A stretch of 64,000 nt of DNA from a virus. The notes under the pieces are model-generated. The model ran no database searches and was not told where the DNA came from. It saw only the letters and a list, made by a program, of their open reading frames with translations. Position numbers and translations under genes: made by a program. The stretch's first letter is position 1. Every line of letters starts with the position of its first letter. Positions 1 to 9,900 of this stretch are shown piece after piece. Where the stretch lies: the IMG/VR virus record IMGVR_UViG_3300024999_000040, positions 32,001 through 96,000 of that record. The stretch is one strand, 5' to 3'.

Positions 1-1
1 T

Positions 2-2140
2 GAAGGTAATCTCCTAGTATCTCAAACAGATTTATTAAAGATTCTTTTTGAAGCCAAAAAAGCAGACCTTAAATTAACGCTTCAAACTGAGAAAGACAAA
101 GCAGATGCAGTTATTAGAAGTTTAGAAGTTCAAAGAGATGCATATTTAGGGTTTTATAGTGCTATAGGAGCTACTTTAGGATATTCTGAAGAACAAGCAG
201 CAACCATGTTTGGTTTTGATAAAGAATCGTATGATAAAGCAGTTGTGGCAGCTAAAGATGCACAGGCTAAAATTAATGCTTTAGATAAGTTGACTTTTAA
301 GGATTATAGTGGTAAAAAAACTAGTTCTAGCGGTAAAGAAATAGATGCTAATCTCTCCCTTATCGAAAAGGACAGATATTCCCAACTAGAAGCCTCTCTA
401 AATAAAACGGATGTTTTATTGGAAAAAAATAAAGCACTTCAAGCACTTCATGAAGATGATATTTCTTTAATGAAGGAGGAGCAACAACTTCTTAAACAGA
501 AGCAAGATCAATTGCATCTCATAAATGAAGAACGCCGTAAAGAACGTGATGAACTTCAAAAATCTATGTCTTCTCAGGGGTTTAGTTTTAGTGGTACTGG
601 GGACTCTACCTCTGTTGCAAATTACACAAATGTAATTAATAAACTTACTGATGATGTGAACAAACACAGAACCGATAAAGATAAAACTTATTACAATACT
701 CTAAAACAACGTCTTGAAGATGCACAGAATAATTTTAAAAGATTTAATGAACTTCAGATTAATGAAATTCCTAAAGCATCTATTGAATGGTGGAATTTGC
801 AAAAAGCTATAGGAGATGTTGATGCTCAGATTTTAGAGACAACTGAAAATCTTGCAGAAGAACGTCTTCAAAACTTAGCTGATGTTGAAAAACAACTTGT
901 AGAAATTATCAAGCAAGGTGTTCAAGATAAGATTGACGTTTTAGAAAAAGAACATGATAAAGAAATGGAATTGCTTGAAGAACGTCATGATGCTCGTATT
1001 GAATCATATGAAGATGATTTAGATGAATTTGAGGATTACACTAATGAGAAATTAGGACTTCTTGAAGATCAATATGATGAAGAAGATTTTCTTAAAGAAC
1101 TTTCAAAGAAACGTAAAGAAGCTAATGAGATTCAGCAGAAAATAAATGAATTATCTCTTGATGATAGTCTTGAAGCTCGTACTAAAGTTGCTGAATTAGT
1201 AGAAGAATTAGCAGATAAAGAAACAGAAATTACTAAATTCAAAACTGATAGAGAACGTACATTAAGAAAAGATGGCTTATCTGATCAATTATCTGATTAT
1301 CAAAAATATATTCAAGAGTTGAAAGATAAAGAGAATGACAGATACGAAACTAAAAAAGATATTCTTGAAGATGAATATGAAGAAGATAAAACTCGTTTAA
1401 ACAAACAATTAGAAAATGAATCTTTATATGCTGAAGCCAGAAAATTATTAATGAATAGTACTTTGGAAGAAATTGCTGAAAAATTTGATTTGTTTTCAGA
1501 TAAATTTGGTGAAGGATTATCTGTTTTAGGAGATAAAATTCAAAACGAATTTATTGAAAAACTTAAAGATGCTTTAGCTTTAATTGAAGAAATGGGTGGA
1601 TTTGATATTGAAACTGGTACTTCTGGAAGTTCTTCAATTATAGATAAAATGAAACAAAATTCTGCTGCTTGGTTTGATGCTTCTGCTTCAGAAAAAGAAC
1701 GTCTTGCTAATGAAAATCTTGAATTGGGTACATCTCTAGGTTGGGTTCGTAAAGATGATGGGCATTGGTATAAACCAGATGGTACTAGAGCATATGCCAG
1801 TGGAACATTAAGTGCTAAAGCAGGATTAGCCAAAGTTAATGAACAAGGTACAGAACTTAGAGTTTTAAATTCTGGTGATGGTATTGTAAATGCTGGTTTG
1901 ACTAAGAATCTTATTGATTTTGCTAAAATTGCTCCTGATTTCTTGAATAATTTTAAGTTTCTTACTCCAAAATTACCTAATATATCAGGTGGTAATGGAA
2001 TGACAATTGATGCTTCTATTACAGTTGTTGGTAGTGTGGATAAGTCGTTTATGTCTCAATTGGAAAAATCTCAAAATAATCAACTCGATAAAATAATAAA
2101 GAGTGTAAGTAGGACTACTGTGGGTAGAGGGAGTTTTTAA
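2..2140 (+). CDS. Tail tape measure protein, C-terminal part (5'-truncated by the window edge)
   Basis: Frame is open from position 2. Long E/K/L-rich coiled coil with a YASGT-type C-terminal motif, directly upstream of the distal tail gene. Confidence 0.85.
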   Translation, partial: EGNLLVSQTDLLKILFEAKKADLKLTLQTEKDKADAVIRSLEVQRDAYLGFYSAIGATLGYSEEQAATMFGFDKESYDKAVVAAKDAQAKINALDKLTFKDYSGKKTSSSGKEIDANLSLIEKDRYSQLEASLNKTDVLLEKNKALQALHEDDISLMKEEQQLLKQKQDQLHLINEERRKERDELQKSMSSQGFSFSGTGDSTSVANYTNVINKLTDDVNKHRTDKDKTYYNTLKQRLEDAQNNFKRFNELQINEIPKASIEWWNLQKAIGDVDAQILETTENLAEERLQNLADVEKQLVEIIKQGVQDKIDVLEKEHDKEMELLEERHDARIESYEDDLDEFEDYTNEKLGLLEDQYDEEDFLKELSKKRKEANEIQQKINELSLDDSLEARTKVAELVEELADKETEITKFKTDRERTLRKDGLSDQLSDYQKYIQELKDKENDRYETKKDILEDEYEEDKTRLNKQLENESLYAEARKLLMNSTLEEIAEKFDLFSDKFGEGLSVLGDKIQNEFIEKLKDALALIEEMGGFDIETGTSGSSSIIDKMKQNSAAWFDASASEKERLANENLELGTSLGWVRKDDGHWYKPDGTRAYASGTLSAKAGLAKVNEQGTELRVLNSGDGIVNAGLTKNLIDFAKIAPDFLNNFKFLTPKLPNISGGNGMTIDASITVVGSVDKSFMSQLEKSQNNQLDKIIKSVSRTTVGRGSF

Positions 2141-2153
2141 TTTAATTCCCTCT
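2126..2153 (+). terminator. Hairpin at the end of the tape measure gene
   Basis: AGAGGGAG...TTCCCTCT inverted repeat spanning the stop codon. Confidence 0.4.
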
Positions 2154-2210
2154 CTTCCCTATTTTAAATTTTAAAAAATTAATTCTTAAAAGAAAGTGAG
2201 GTGTGGTTCA

Positions 2211-2993
2211 ATGTTTATTTCTACAAATTTCACATACGATAATTCTACAAGTGATGAGATGGGAGTTTGGCTAGTTAGAGTCGAAACAGGATTGGTAGAA
2301 CAAAATTTTGGTATTCCTAGAACCACTATAACAGAGAAAATTAAAGGTCGGAAAAGACCTTATTTATATGGTTTTACAGAGGAAGTTATTAAATTCAGTA
2401 TTACATTAGCAAAAAGTAATACCAATCATACTTGGACTCTTGCCGAAAAAAGATCAATCTGTACTTGGTTGTTTAAAAATTCATATAAAGATTTTGTCTC
2501 TGATGATGATATCGAAATTGTTTATAAATGCGTTGCTGTTGGTTCTCCGAAATTTTATACTAGTACAAATGAAGATGGATACTGCGTTGTGGATTTTGAG
2601 TGTGATGCACCTCATCCATGGAGTGCTTCGAATGTACAGACATTTGATTTGAGTAGTATTAGTTCTGCTACTACGATTCAGATTCAGAATTTAAGTAATA
2701 TAGATGATTATTATTATCCTGAGTTGGAATTCCAATTAAAAAGTACTGCAACTGCATTTAAACTTGTGAATAACAATGACGGTGGGAGAATATTCGAATT
2801 TACAGGACTTAATGCTTTGGAAACAGTTTATATAAATAATGAAACTAAACAAATTATCTCGGACTCGGGTAACTATAGGTATTCTGCGCTCACCGATAAA
2901 AGATTCTTTCGGCTCCCTTATGGTACATCAAATTGTGTAATTTCGTATCCTTGTATTATTACAGTTAGATCACAATTTCCGATAGCAAAGTAA
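2211..2993 (+). CDS. Distal tail protein (Dit, siphovirus tail component)
   Basis: Position after the tape measure gene. Motifs FTYDN..S.EMG, WLF, DFECDAPHPWS and YYYPELEF. GAGGTG RBS before ATG 2211. Confidence 0.8.
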   Translation: MFISTNFTYDNSTSDEMGVWLVRVETGLVEQNFGIPRTTITEKIKGRKRPYLYGFTEEVIKFSITLAKSNTNHTWTLAEKRSICTWLFKNSYKDFVSDDDIEIVYKCVAVGSPKFYTSTNEDGYCVVDFECDAPHPWSASNVQTFDLSSISSATTIQIQNLSNIDDYYYPELEFQLKSTATAFKLVNNNDGGRIFEFTGLNALETVYINNETKQIISDSGNYRYSALTDKRFFRLPYGTSNCVISYPCIITVRSQFPIAK

Positions 2994-3043
2994 AAATTTT
3001 ATAGTTTTTGATTAATGATTATTTGGAAAAGAAAAAAAGTTTT

Positions 3044-3122
3044 AGGGATAGATTGAATTAGCTATTCAATTGAAAAGTGTCCTCCACTTCCCTTTTTATT
3101 TTTGTGGAGGATAAGAAGGAGG
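3044..3122 (+). promoter_or_regulatory. Structured leader of the homing endonuclease gene
   Basis: Hairpin ATTGAAT/ATTCAAT (3052-3070). TCCTCCAC (3080-87) is complementary to GTGGAGGA (3104-11) next to the RBS. Confidence 0.45.
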
Positions 3123-3131
3123 AAAATTATA

Positions 3132-4259
3132 ATGGCTATAAAAAAATATACATTAGTTATTGCAAAAGAATATATTGAAAGTATTGGATTTACATTACTT
3201 AATTATGATGAAAAAACTACATATGCTATATTTATTGATAAAGAAGGTTATTTATATAAATCTCAAATTTATAAGTTAAAATCTAATAGGAGGCCAAGAT
3301 TTATAGATTCCAGAAATCCATTTGTAGTATACAATATAAAATTATGGTTATTAAATCATAGAAATAATTTAAGATTAGTTTCGGATTACAAAAATTGGAC
3401 AACAAAATTAGTTGTTAAAGATTATGAAGGGTATATATATTCTATTTTACCACAAGGAATAATAAGAAATTATATACCTAGAATTGTTGATATGGCAAAT
3501 GATTGTTCTATACAAAATTTAAAGTTATGGTTAATAAAAAATAATAAAAATTTTATTTTACTATCATCCGAATATAATGGGTGTGAAAATAAATTATTAT
3601 TTAAATGTATAAATGAAAATTGTAGGGAAAGTTTTTATATGAATTGGTTGGATATATCTCAAGGAAATGGTTGTCCTTTTTGTGCTGGCAAACAAGCTGG
3701 ATTATCAAATTGTTTAGCAACCAAAAGACCTGATTTAATATCAGAATGGCATTTAAGTCTCAACGGAGACTTAACACCATATGATGTAACTTGTGGGTGT
3801 AATAAGGATATAATATGGCAATGTGGTAATAATCTTAATCATATATGGAAGGCGAAAATATATAATAGAACACTTAGAAATGATGGATGTCCACAATGTA
3901 ATCAATCAAAAGGAGAGGTAAAAATAGAGGAAGTTTTAAACATAAATAAAATTTATAATATTTCTCAACATAAGTTTCTTGATTGTAAATATATTAATAG
4001 TTTGGAATTTGATTTTTTCTTACCTGATTATAATATAATTGTCGAATATCAAGGTAAGCATCACTATGAACCTGTAGATTTTGCTGGTAGAGGCATAGAG
4101 TGGGCTGAGGAACAATTTAAAGAGAATCAAATTAAAGATCAAATTAAAAGAGATTATTGTAAAAATAATGATATAAAACTTATTGAAATACCATATTGGG
4201 ATTTTGATAATATTGAAGAAATCTTAATCAAAGAATTAAATTTAGATAAAGTAAACTAA
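3132..4259 (+). CDS. Free-standing putative homing endonuclease (zinc-ribbon repeats plus DUF559/Vsr-like PD-(D/E)XK domain)
   Basis: GCPFCAG and GCPQC zinc ribbons. C-terminal SKGE...FDFFLP...IVEYQGKHHY...DQIKRDYC...LIEIPYW. Inserted between two tail genes. Confidence 0.75.
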   Translation: MAIKKYTLVIAKEYIESIGFTLLNYDEKTTYAIFIDKEGYLYKSQIYKLKSNRRPRFIDSRNPFVVYNIKLWLLNHRNNLRLVSDYKNWTTKLVVKDYEGYIYSILPQGIIRNYIPRIVDMANDCSIQNLKLWLIKNNKNFILLSSEYNGCENKLLFKCINENCRESFYMNWLDISQGNGCPFCAGKQAGLSNCLATKRPDLISEWHLSLNGDLTPYDVTCGCNKDIIWQCGNNLNHIWKAKIYNRTLRNDGCPQCNQSKGEVKIEEVLNINKIYNISQHKFLDCKYINSLEFDFFLPDYNIIVEYQGKHHYEPVDFAGRGIEWAEEQFKENQIKDQIKRDYCKNNDIKLIEIPYWDFDNIEEILIKELNLDKVN

Positions 4260-4282
4260 TATAATAAAGAAGGTGATTACAA

Positions 4283-7153
4283 TTGTTAGTAGATGCTTTA
4301 ACTATCTACAAATTTCCTAGTCGTTATAGACTTTATTTATGCAAACCTAATAAGGAAATAATTTCCATATTAGAAGAAGCATACAACATAGTATATTCTC
4401 CAAACCTTGTAAATTGTGATGATTTAACATTCACAATTCCTTATCTTATTGATGGTGAAGTAAATCCTAATTTTGATTTAATTCGTGGACACTATTTAAT
4501 ATTTATGGAGCAAATTCTAGAAGAAGATAACACGGTATTACTTCAAAAATATTTCTTAATAATAAAACCTAACAAACAGGGTGACAATCAAGATATATTA
4601 GAAATTGAATGTAAATCATTAGAAAAACAACTTACTAAAATTTTAAGAAATTTTAAAGGTGTTAAGAAATTATACAGGACTTCTGCTGAAATTGCTGCAT
4701 ATGTAGCCTCAGAAACATATCCAACTTTACAATCATTTATAGAAAGCGGAATACTAAATGTAGTAATTTCACGTTGTCCTAGTTGGTCTATAGGAGATAT
4801 AGACACTGATTTGAATAATATATATAGAAATATTGATGTAGATTCTCAGGCAGTATTAGATTTTTTGCTTAATACATGTCAAAAATCATTTAATGCAATA
4901 TTTTTATTTGATACGATTAATAAGAGTATAAGTGTAAAAAAACTAAGTTCAGTAGGCATTAATAAAGGTCTTTTTATATCAGAAGAAAATTACATAAAAC
5001 AATTTGGTGAAAACGCTGATTTTTCTGAAATTTGTACGAGGCTCTACTGCTATGGTAAGGATTCACTTTCAATCAACGCAATCAATCCCACTGGAACCAG
5101 TTATATCCAAAGTTTCTCATATTATAAGTCAACAACGTATATGAGTCAAAGTTTAATAGATGCTTTAAACGCTTATGACACTTTATTAACTAGTAAAAAT
5201 ACAGAGTTCCAAACACTACTAACTAGTCTCAACACATATACATCTCAATTAGCTACAAAAAATGACGAGTTGGATGTGTTGGAGGCGGCTCTTACTGTAT
5301 TGAATGATACGAAGGATGGGTATATACAACAAGATAGTCAAGGTACTATTCCTACATACAGTGGTTCTACATCATATATAGTAGGTAATGTTGTAAAATA
5401 TAATAATTTATTTTACAAATGTATATTAGCATCTATAGGTAATTTACCAACAAATATAACATATTGGTCTTCCATCAATGCACAGATAACAGCAAAAGAG
5501 ACTGAGATAACGACTAAGAATACTGAAATAACTACAACTCAAGGCAATATTGACACTACTAATACAAGTATTACTACTTTGAGGAATACAATTTCATTGT
5601 CTAGTAATTTTACTGTTGCTCAAATTTCGGAACTTGATAATTTTGTGCATGAACGAGATTTTAATGACACAAATTACATTGACCCAACCGAATTGAGAGA
5701 TGCAGGTATAGAAGTATTAGCAAGAATCAATACTCCTCCAATCGAATTGAACCTTGAAATTGTGGATTTTTTGAATATTGTAGAATGCCAACAGGATTGG
5801 AATAAATTAAAAATTGGGGATATTATAAATATACAATACTCTAAATTTAACATGAATGTAGAATTGAGGCTCATAGGGTACGTTCACAATTGGGAGGAAA
5901 ACTCCCTTCAATTAACATTCAGCAACAAAAGTCGTTTAAACGATCCGAATATGATCTGGGAAGAGCTACTTCAGAATTCAGTAACCACATCTACATCCAT
6001 CGACATTAACAAATTCACTTACGGGCAGTATGTTGATTCTGGTGAGCAATCACAGTTATTATCTTACATCTCATCTGAATTAGACCTAGCAGCACAGAAA
6101 GCGAAAGCAGGAACGAATCAGAACATTGAGATAAGCAAGCGAGGGATTACGTTAACTAACACCACATCTGATTTGAGACAATTGAGGTTATTAAATGATT
6201 TGTTAGTATTTTCAACTGATGGTGGTCAGACAGTAAAACTTGCGATTTCGCCTGATGGGGTAGTAGCAGAAAATGTTTACGGAAAGTTAGGAGCATTTGC
6301 AACAGTAGTAGCAGACCAAATAGTTGTTGGTGACGCTGGAGAAAAAATTGCAGATGGTGTAATTAACAGTGCAACTACATGGAATAATAGTGTACAACGA
6401 GATACATATTATAATAGAGTAAAAATATCAACAACAGGTGGAATTCAAGTTTTTGACAATCAAGTTACTCCTGTAGAAAGAATACAAATTGGTAATTATG
6501 CTACTGATAAATATGGTATTAGAATTAAAAATGCTGCTGGAACTGCAACTGTGCTTGACCAAGATGGTATTATTCAATCATGGGGCGATAGTTATGCTGA
6601 TAATGTGGATGCTACTCATAAGCTAAAAGTTAAATTCTATGTTCCTACTGAAACATTATCAGTTAAAAAAGTATTGCTTAATTTTTCTCTTGAAGCATTC
6701 AGATCATATGAGACAGGTGCATCAAGTGGAGGAGGACAGACATCAAGCAGTGGAGGTAGTGGGACTTATAGCACCACTGATGAAACGGGTTTAGGCTATG
6801 GTGGATATACGGACAATGCATCAGCAACTTCACCGCATAATCACTGGTTTGATTTTTCCCTTTCTAATCATTCACATAATGTAACGCTATCCAGTCATTC
6901 ACATACTGTGTCAGACCATACCCATAACTTGACATTTGGCATATACGAGGGTACTTCCGCTACAGGTGTTAAGGTCTATGTTGACGGTACTTTAAGACTT
7001 GACAATGGTGGTGCAGGATATACAACGGATCAGGCAAGTCTTGATTTATCGTCATGGATTACAACGACTGGCTGGCACTACATAGAGCTTTCAAGCACAC
7101 AATTGGGTAGAATTAATTGCGCTTATTTTATGCAGGTATTTTTAGGAGTATAA
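4283..7153 (+). CDS. Tail tip/spike protein (prophage tail endopeptidase-like N-terminus, coiled coil, CBM5/12-like insert, HxH metal-binding needle near the C-terminus)
   Basis: ICTRLYCYGKD..SIN.INPTG.SYI..FSYY motif, coiled coil, HNH/HSH/HSH/HTH motifs, position after Dit. Confidence 0.8.
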   Translation: MLVDALTIYKFPSRYRLYLCKPNKEIISILEEAYNIVYSPNLVNCDDLTFTIPYLIDGEVNPNFDLIRGHYLIFMEQILEEDNTVLLQKYFLIIKPNKQGDNQDILEIECKSLEKQLTKILRNFKGVKKLYRTSAEIAAYVASETYPTLQSFIESGILNVVISRCPSWSIGDIDTDLNNIYRNIDVDSQAVLDFLLNTCQKSFNAIFLFDTINKSISVKKLSSVGINKGLFISEENYIKQFGENADFSEICTRLYCYGKDSLSINAINPTGTSYIQSFSYYKSTTYMSQSLIDALNAYDTLLTSKNTEFQTLLTSLNTYTSQLATKNDELDVLEAALTVLNDTKDGYIQQDSQGTIPTYSGSTSYIVGNVVKYNNLFYKCILASIGNLPTNITYWSSINAQITAKETEITTKNTEITTTQGNIDTTNTSITTLRNTISLSSNFTVAQISELDNFVHERDFNDTNYIDPTELRDAGIEVLARINTPPIELNLEIVDFLNIVECQQDWNKLKIGDIINIQYSKFNMNVELRLIGYVHNWEENSLQLTFSNKSRLNDPNMIWEELLQNSVTTSTSIDINKFTYGQYVDSGEQSQLLSYISSELDLAAQKAKAGTNQNIEISKRGITLTNTTSDLRQLRLLNDLLVFSTDGGQTVKLAISPDGVVAENVYGKLGAFATVVADQIVVGDAGEKIADGVINSATTWNNSVQRDTYYNRVKISTTGGIQVFDNQVTPVERIQIGNYATDKYGIRIKNAAGTATVLDQDGIIQSWGDSYADNVDATHKLKVKFYVPTETLSVKKVLLNFSLEAFRSYETGASSGGGQTSSSGGSGTYSTTDETGLGYGGYTDNASATSPHNHWFDFSLSNHSHNVTLSSHSHTVSDHTHNLTFGIYEGTSATGVKVYVDGTLRLDNGGAGYTTDQASLDLSSWITTTGWHYIELSSTQLGRINCAYFMQVFLGV

Positions 7154-7522
7154 AAATTTGAAAAGCAGTTCAATGTTGATGAAATCGGTATAACCCCTGA
7201 TAATTACTTGAGTTTTGTCGTTGAGGTCAATATTGAGCTGCTTACCTTTAAAGGTTAATGCCAATTCGGTTATTATTGTTTTCCCGTTTTCGATGGAAGC
7301 TGATTCACTGACGGCAACATCGTATTTCTTTATGATAGTGTCCGTGCTTAAATAGGTATTTCCATCAGTATAAAGCAGTTCATAGCCATTGTCGTATATT
7401 TTAACGATACCATTACTACCCGTTTCAATTTCAAGCTCTTTGGTTTCTTCTTGGGCGAAAGCTCCAGTAAACATTGTAGTCATGATGGCGATTGTTAGAA
7501 TTAAACTTATGATTTTTTTCAT
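7142..7522 (-). CDS. Exported hypothetical protein (moron), convergent with and overlapping the tail-tip stop
   Basis: Signal peptide MKKIISLILTIAIMTTMFTGAFA and AAGGAAGGT RBS. Confidence 0.75.
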   Translation of the reverse strand: MKKIISLILTIAIMTTMFTGAFAQEETKELEIETGSNGIVKIYDNGYELLYTDGNTYLSTDTIIKKYDVAVSESASIENGKTIITELALTFKGKQLNIDLNDKTQVIIRGYTDFINIELLFKFLYS

Positions 7523-7831
7523 GGTATTTTACCTTCCTTTTTAAATAATTTATTTATGTAAGTATACGTTTGTATTTCGTATTTGTCTTACAATACCATT
7601 ATACTACTATGGGAAAAATTTGTAAAGGGTTTTAACAAAATAAATATAATATTTTTAAAAATTTATTTTATTGGTAAGATGAACTAAATATGTTGGGATA
7701 AATATAAAAGTAATTACTTCCTTATTATAGTAGTTTAGAAAACGTTACCATTTCATAACAAATATTTACATACTGTAAAACTATGATATACTATATATAA
7801 GAAATATTATAATATTCTGGAGGTATTTGTT

Positions 7832-8350
7832 ATGAAAAGAATTAAATGGTTTACTTTAGGTGTTGTTTTAATATTATCGATATCTTTATTACTTATCGGA
7901 TGTTCAGACATTGAAACTAATGCCACTTCTATAACTGAAACTATTGTTACCTCAATTCCTACTGCAACTCCCATACCAGAACCAGTTGGTTTTGAGAAGT
8001 TTATGAAGGATAATTCATTAACTTTAACAGCAAAAGATTTGCAATTTGATATGGTTAATAATCTTGATAAAGAATTTGGATTAGAAGGTTATGCTGAATT
8101 AGATGATTATTATAATTACGGATTTGATTCAGACATAGAGAAAGATTATTTTTGTATGAGAGTTGAACCTGTCGGTGGAAGGTTTTCTGATTCGTGGTAT
8201 ATTTATTGTCATCGTGATAGTTTTAAGAAATTGTTTCAAAAGTTAAAAGACCTTAATGTTGTTGAGGTTTATGTAAAATGTAAAATACCAAAAAGTATAT
8301 ATGAGGATAATCAAGGTAATATGGCTGAAGCTATGAGAATTGGCTATTAG
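7832..8350 (+). CDS. Putative lipoprotein (moron)
   Basis: Lipobox LIGC after a hydrophobic N-terminus, T/P-rich linker, GGAGGT RBS. Confidence 0.75.
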   Translation: MKRIKWFTLGVVLILSISLLLIGCSDIETNATSITETIVTSIPTATPIPEPVGFEKFMKDNSLTLTAKDLQFDMVNNLDKEFGLEGYAELDDYYNYGFDSDIEKDYFCMRVEPVGGRFSDSWYIYCHRDSFKKLFQKLKDLNVVEVYVKCKIPKSIYEDNQGNMAEAMRIGY

Positions 8351-8406
8351 AAAGAGAGATTTAATCTTTCTTTCTAAATATTTTAACAAAACAAATATAA
8401 TGACTC

Positions 8407-8436
8407 TTGACAATATTACGTTTTGTGTGGTATAAT
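8407..8436 (+). promoter_or_regulatory. Sigma-A-type promoter
   Basis: TTGACA-18 bp-TATAAT with extended TG. Confidence 0.6.
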
Positions 8437-8504
8437 TAATTATGTTAAATTTTTAACCTCTATTCCCTATTTGAAATTTTAATACATATATAATATAATG
8501 GTGA

Positions 8505-8846
8505 ATGGAGGATTATAATATGATTAAGATTATAAGCAGAGAAGATTCAATAGATGATAAAATTATTAAAGATGATAAAATAGTTGTTAGGATCAATACA
8601 GAATTAAAAGAAAAATTCATAAAATTACTTGATACCAAAGGTACTAATGCTTCAGATTATTTAAGACAATATATTGTTGAAACAGTAAACAACATTAACA
8701 AATATAAATTTGAAGATTCAACTAAATCATACATTATGGAAACAACACAGCCAGAGATTGAATTATATAAAAGATTAAGTGAACTTGAAGCCAAAGTAAA
8801 AGCAATGGAAAATATTTTGAAAAATCAAGGAATCGTTAAATATTAG
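8505..8846 (+). CDS. Ribbon-helix-helix (CopG-like) DNA-binding protein with C-terminal coiled coil
   Basis: KIVVRINTELKEKFIKLLDTKGTNASDYLRQYI matches the RHH pattern. Confidence 0.6.
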   Translation: MEDYNMIKIISREDSIDDKIIKDDKIVVRINTELKEKFIKLLDTKGTNASDYLRQYIVETVNNINKYKFEDSTKSYIMETTQPEIELYKRLSELEAKVKAMENILKNQGIVKY

Positions 8847-8887
8847 AAGTAAAGTGAAGATAGTTTGAGCTAATTGATTATAATGCT

Positions 8888-8920
8888 TTGTTATCACGTT
8901 GTTACAACATTGTTATAACA
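8888..8920 (+). repeat. Three tandem 11-bp direct repeats TTGTTA(N)2-3AC(A/G)
   Basis: ttgttatcacg ttgttacaaca ttgttataaca. Confidence 0.7.
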
Positions 8921-8970
8921 GTAAATATCCTTTATACTATATTTTGTAAGGTAAATATTGCCTTAACGAA

Positions 8971-9381
8971 ATGTATATGGAGGTTTTTATTATGTGTACA
9001 AAATCAATCAGAAAATCCAAACTCAAAAAATCAAAAGAAACCCAACTCACTCCCCTATCAGTCTTAGAATTCAAGAAAGACATCAAGCGGTACAAAGGAA
9101 ATCCAGCATCCATAGAATTCATGGGAGAACATATTAATATTGGTTGTAATTTTGACCAATTGAATTTACTTTCAAGTGATGATATGGGATTGCTTGTATT
9201 TTTAAACTGGGACATTTCTAGACCTGAGATATCCATAAGAGAAGAAAACATTAGTAAGGTATTCTATTCAACACATTACTACCAGATTGAGTTAAAAAAC
9301 CATGACTTAATACATATTAGTTTTACAGAAAACGAGTATCTTGAGATCGGTACTTCTGGTAAGGTGGTGTTGAATATGTAA
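8971..9381 (+). CDS. Hypothetical protein (probable start ATG 8992)
   Basis: ORF with GGAGGT RBS. Its stop codon lies in the IS66 target duplication. Confidence 0.6.
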   Translation: MYMEVFIMCTKSIRKSKLKKSKETQLTPLSVLEFKKDIKRYKGNPASIEFMGEHINIGCNFDQLNLLSSDDMGLLVFLNWDISRPEISIREENISKVFYSTHYYQIELKNHDLIHISFTENEYLEIGTSGKVVLNM

Positions 9382-9522
9382 ATGGAGTTACTGTTCACAC
9401 CCCCTTAAGCAGTTTAAAATAAATTGTGTCGCAATAATCAACTCGTAACCCAAAACATAGAATCATCAGTAGCAAAAAGACTTTGAAACCATTGAAATTT
9501 CAAGGTTTTTTTGCATTTTTTA

Positions 9523-9551
9523 TTGACATAAATATGGTTATGTGATATACT
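9523..9551 (+). promoter_or_regulatory. IS internal promoter
   Basis: TTGACA-17-TATACT with extended TG. Confidence 0.7.
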
Positions 9552-9588
9552 TAACACATAACCATATTTATCTGAGGAGGTCTTGATT

Positions 9589-9897
9589 ATGGCTGTTATA
9601 TACCAATACGACAAGCGCTCCGGTATCACTTACGCATACGAGTCTTATTCCTATTGGGACAAAGAAAAGAAAATGACTCGGGCGAAGCGCAAACTGATCG
9701 GGAGGCTTAACAAAGAAACCGGCGAGATTGTGCCGACGGACGGTAGGAATAGAGACGGGAAGCTCAAGGAAACCGTTGATAAGGAGCCAGACTACAAATC
9801 ACTGTATGAGAAACTGTTGAAAAAATACGCAGCGCAGGAAACTTTGGTGACGGCGCTGAAAGAAGAACTCAAAAAACTAAAGAAGAAGGGTGAGTAA
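9589..9897 (+). CDS. IS accessory protein resembling the IS1634-type transposase N-terminal domain
   Basis: YAYESYSYWDKEKKMTRAKRKLIGRLNKETGEIVPT, GAGGAGG RBS. Confidence 0.65.
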   Translation: MAVIYQYDKRSGITYAYESYSYWDKEKKMTRAKRKLIGRLNKETGEIVPTDGRNRDGKLKETVDKEPDYKSLYEKLLKKYAAQETLVTALKEELKKLKKKGE

Positions 9898-9900
9898 TGT

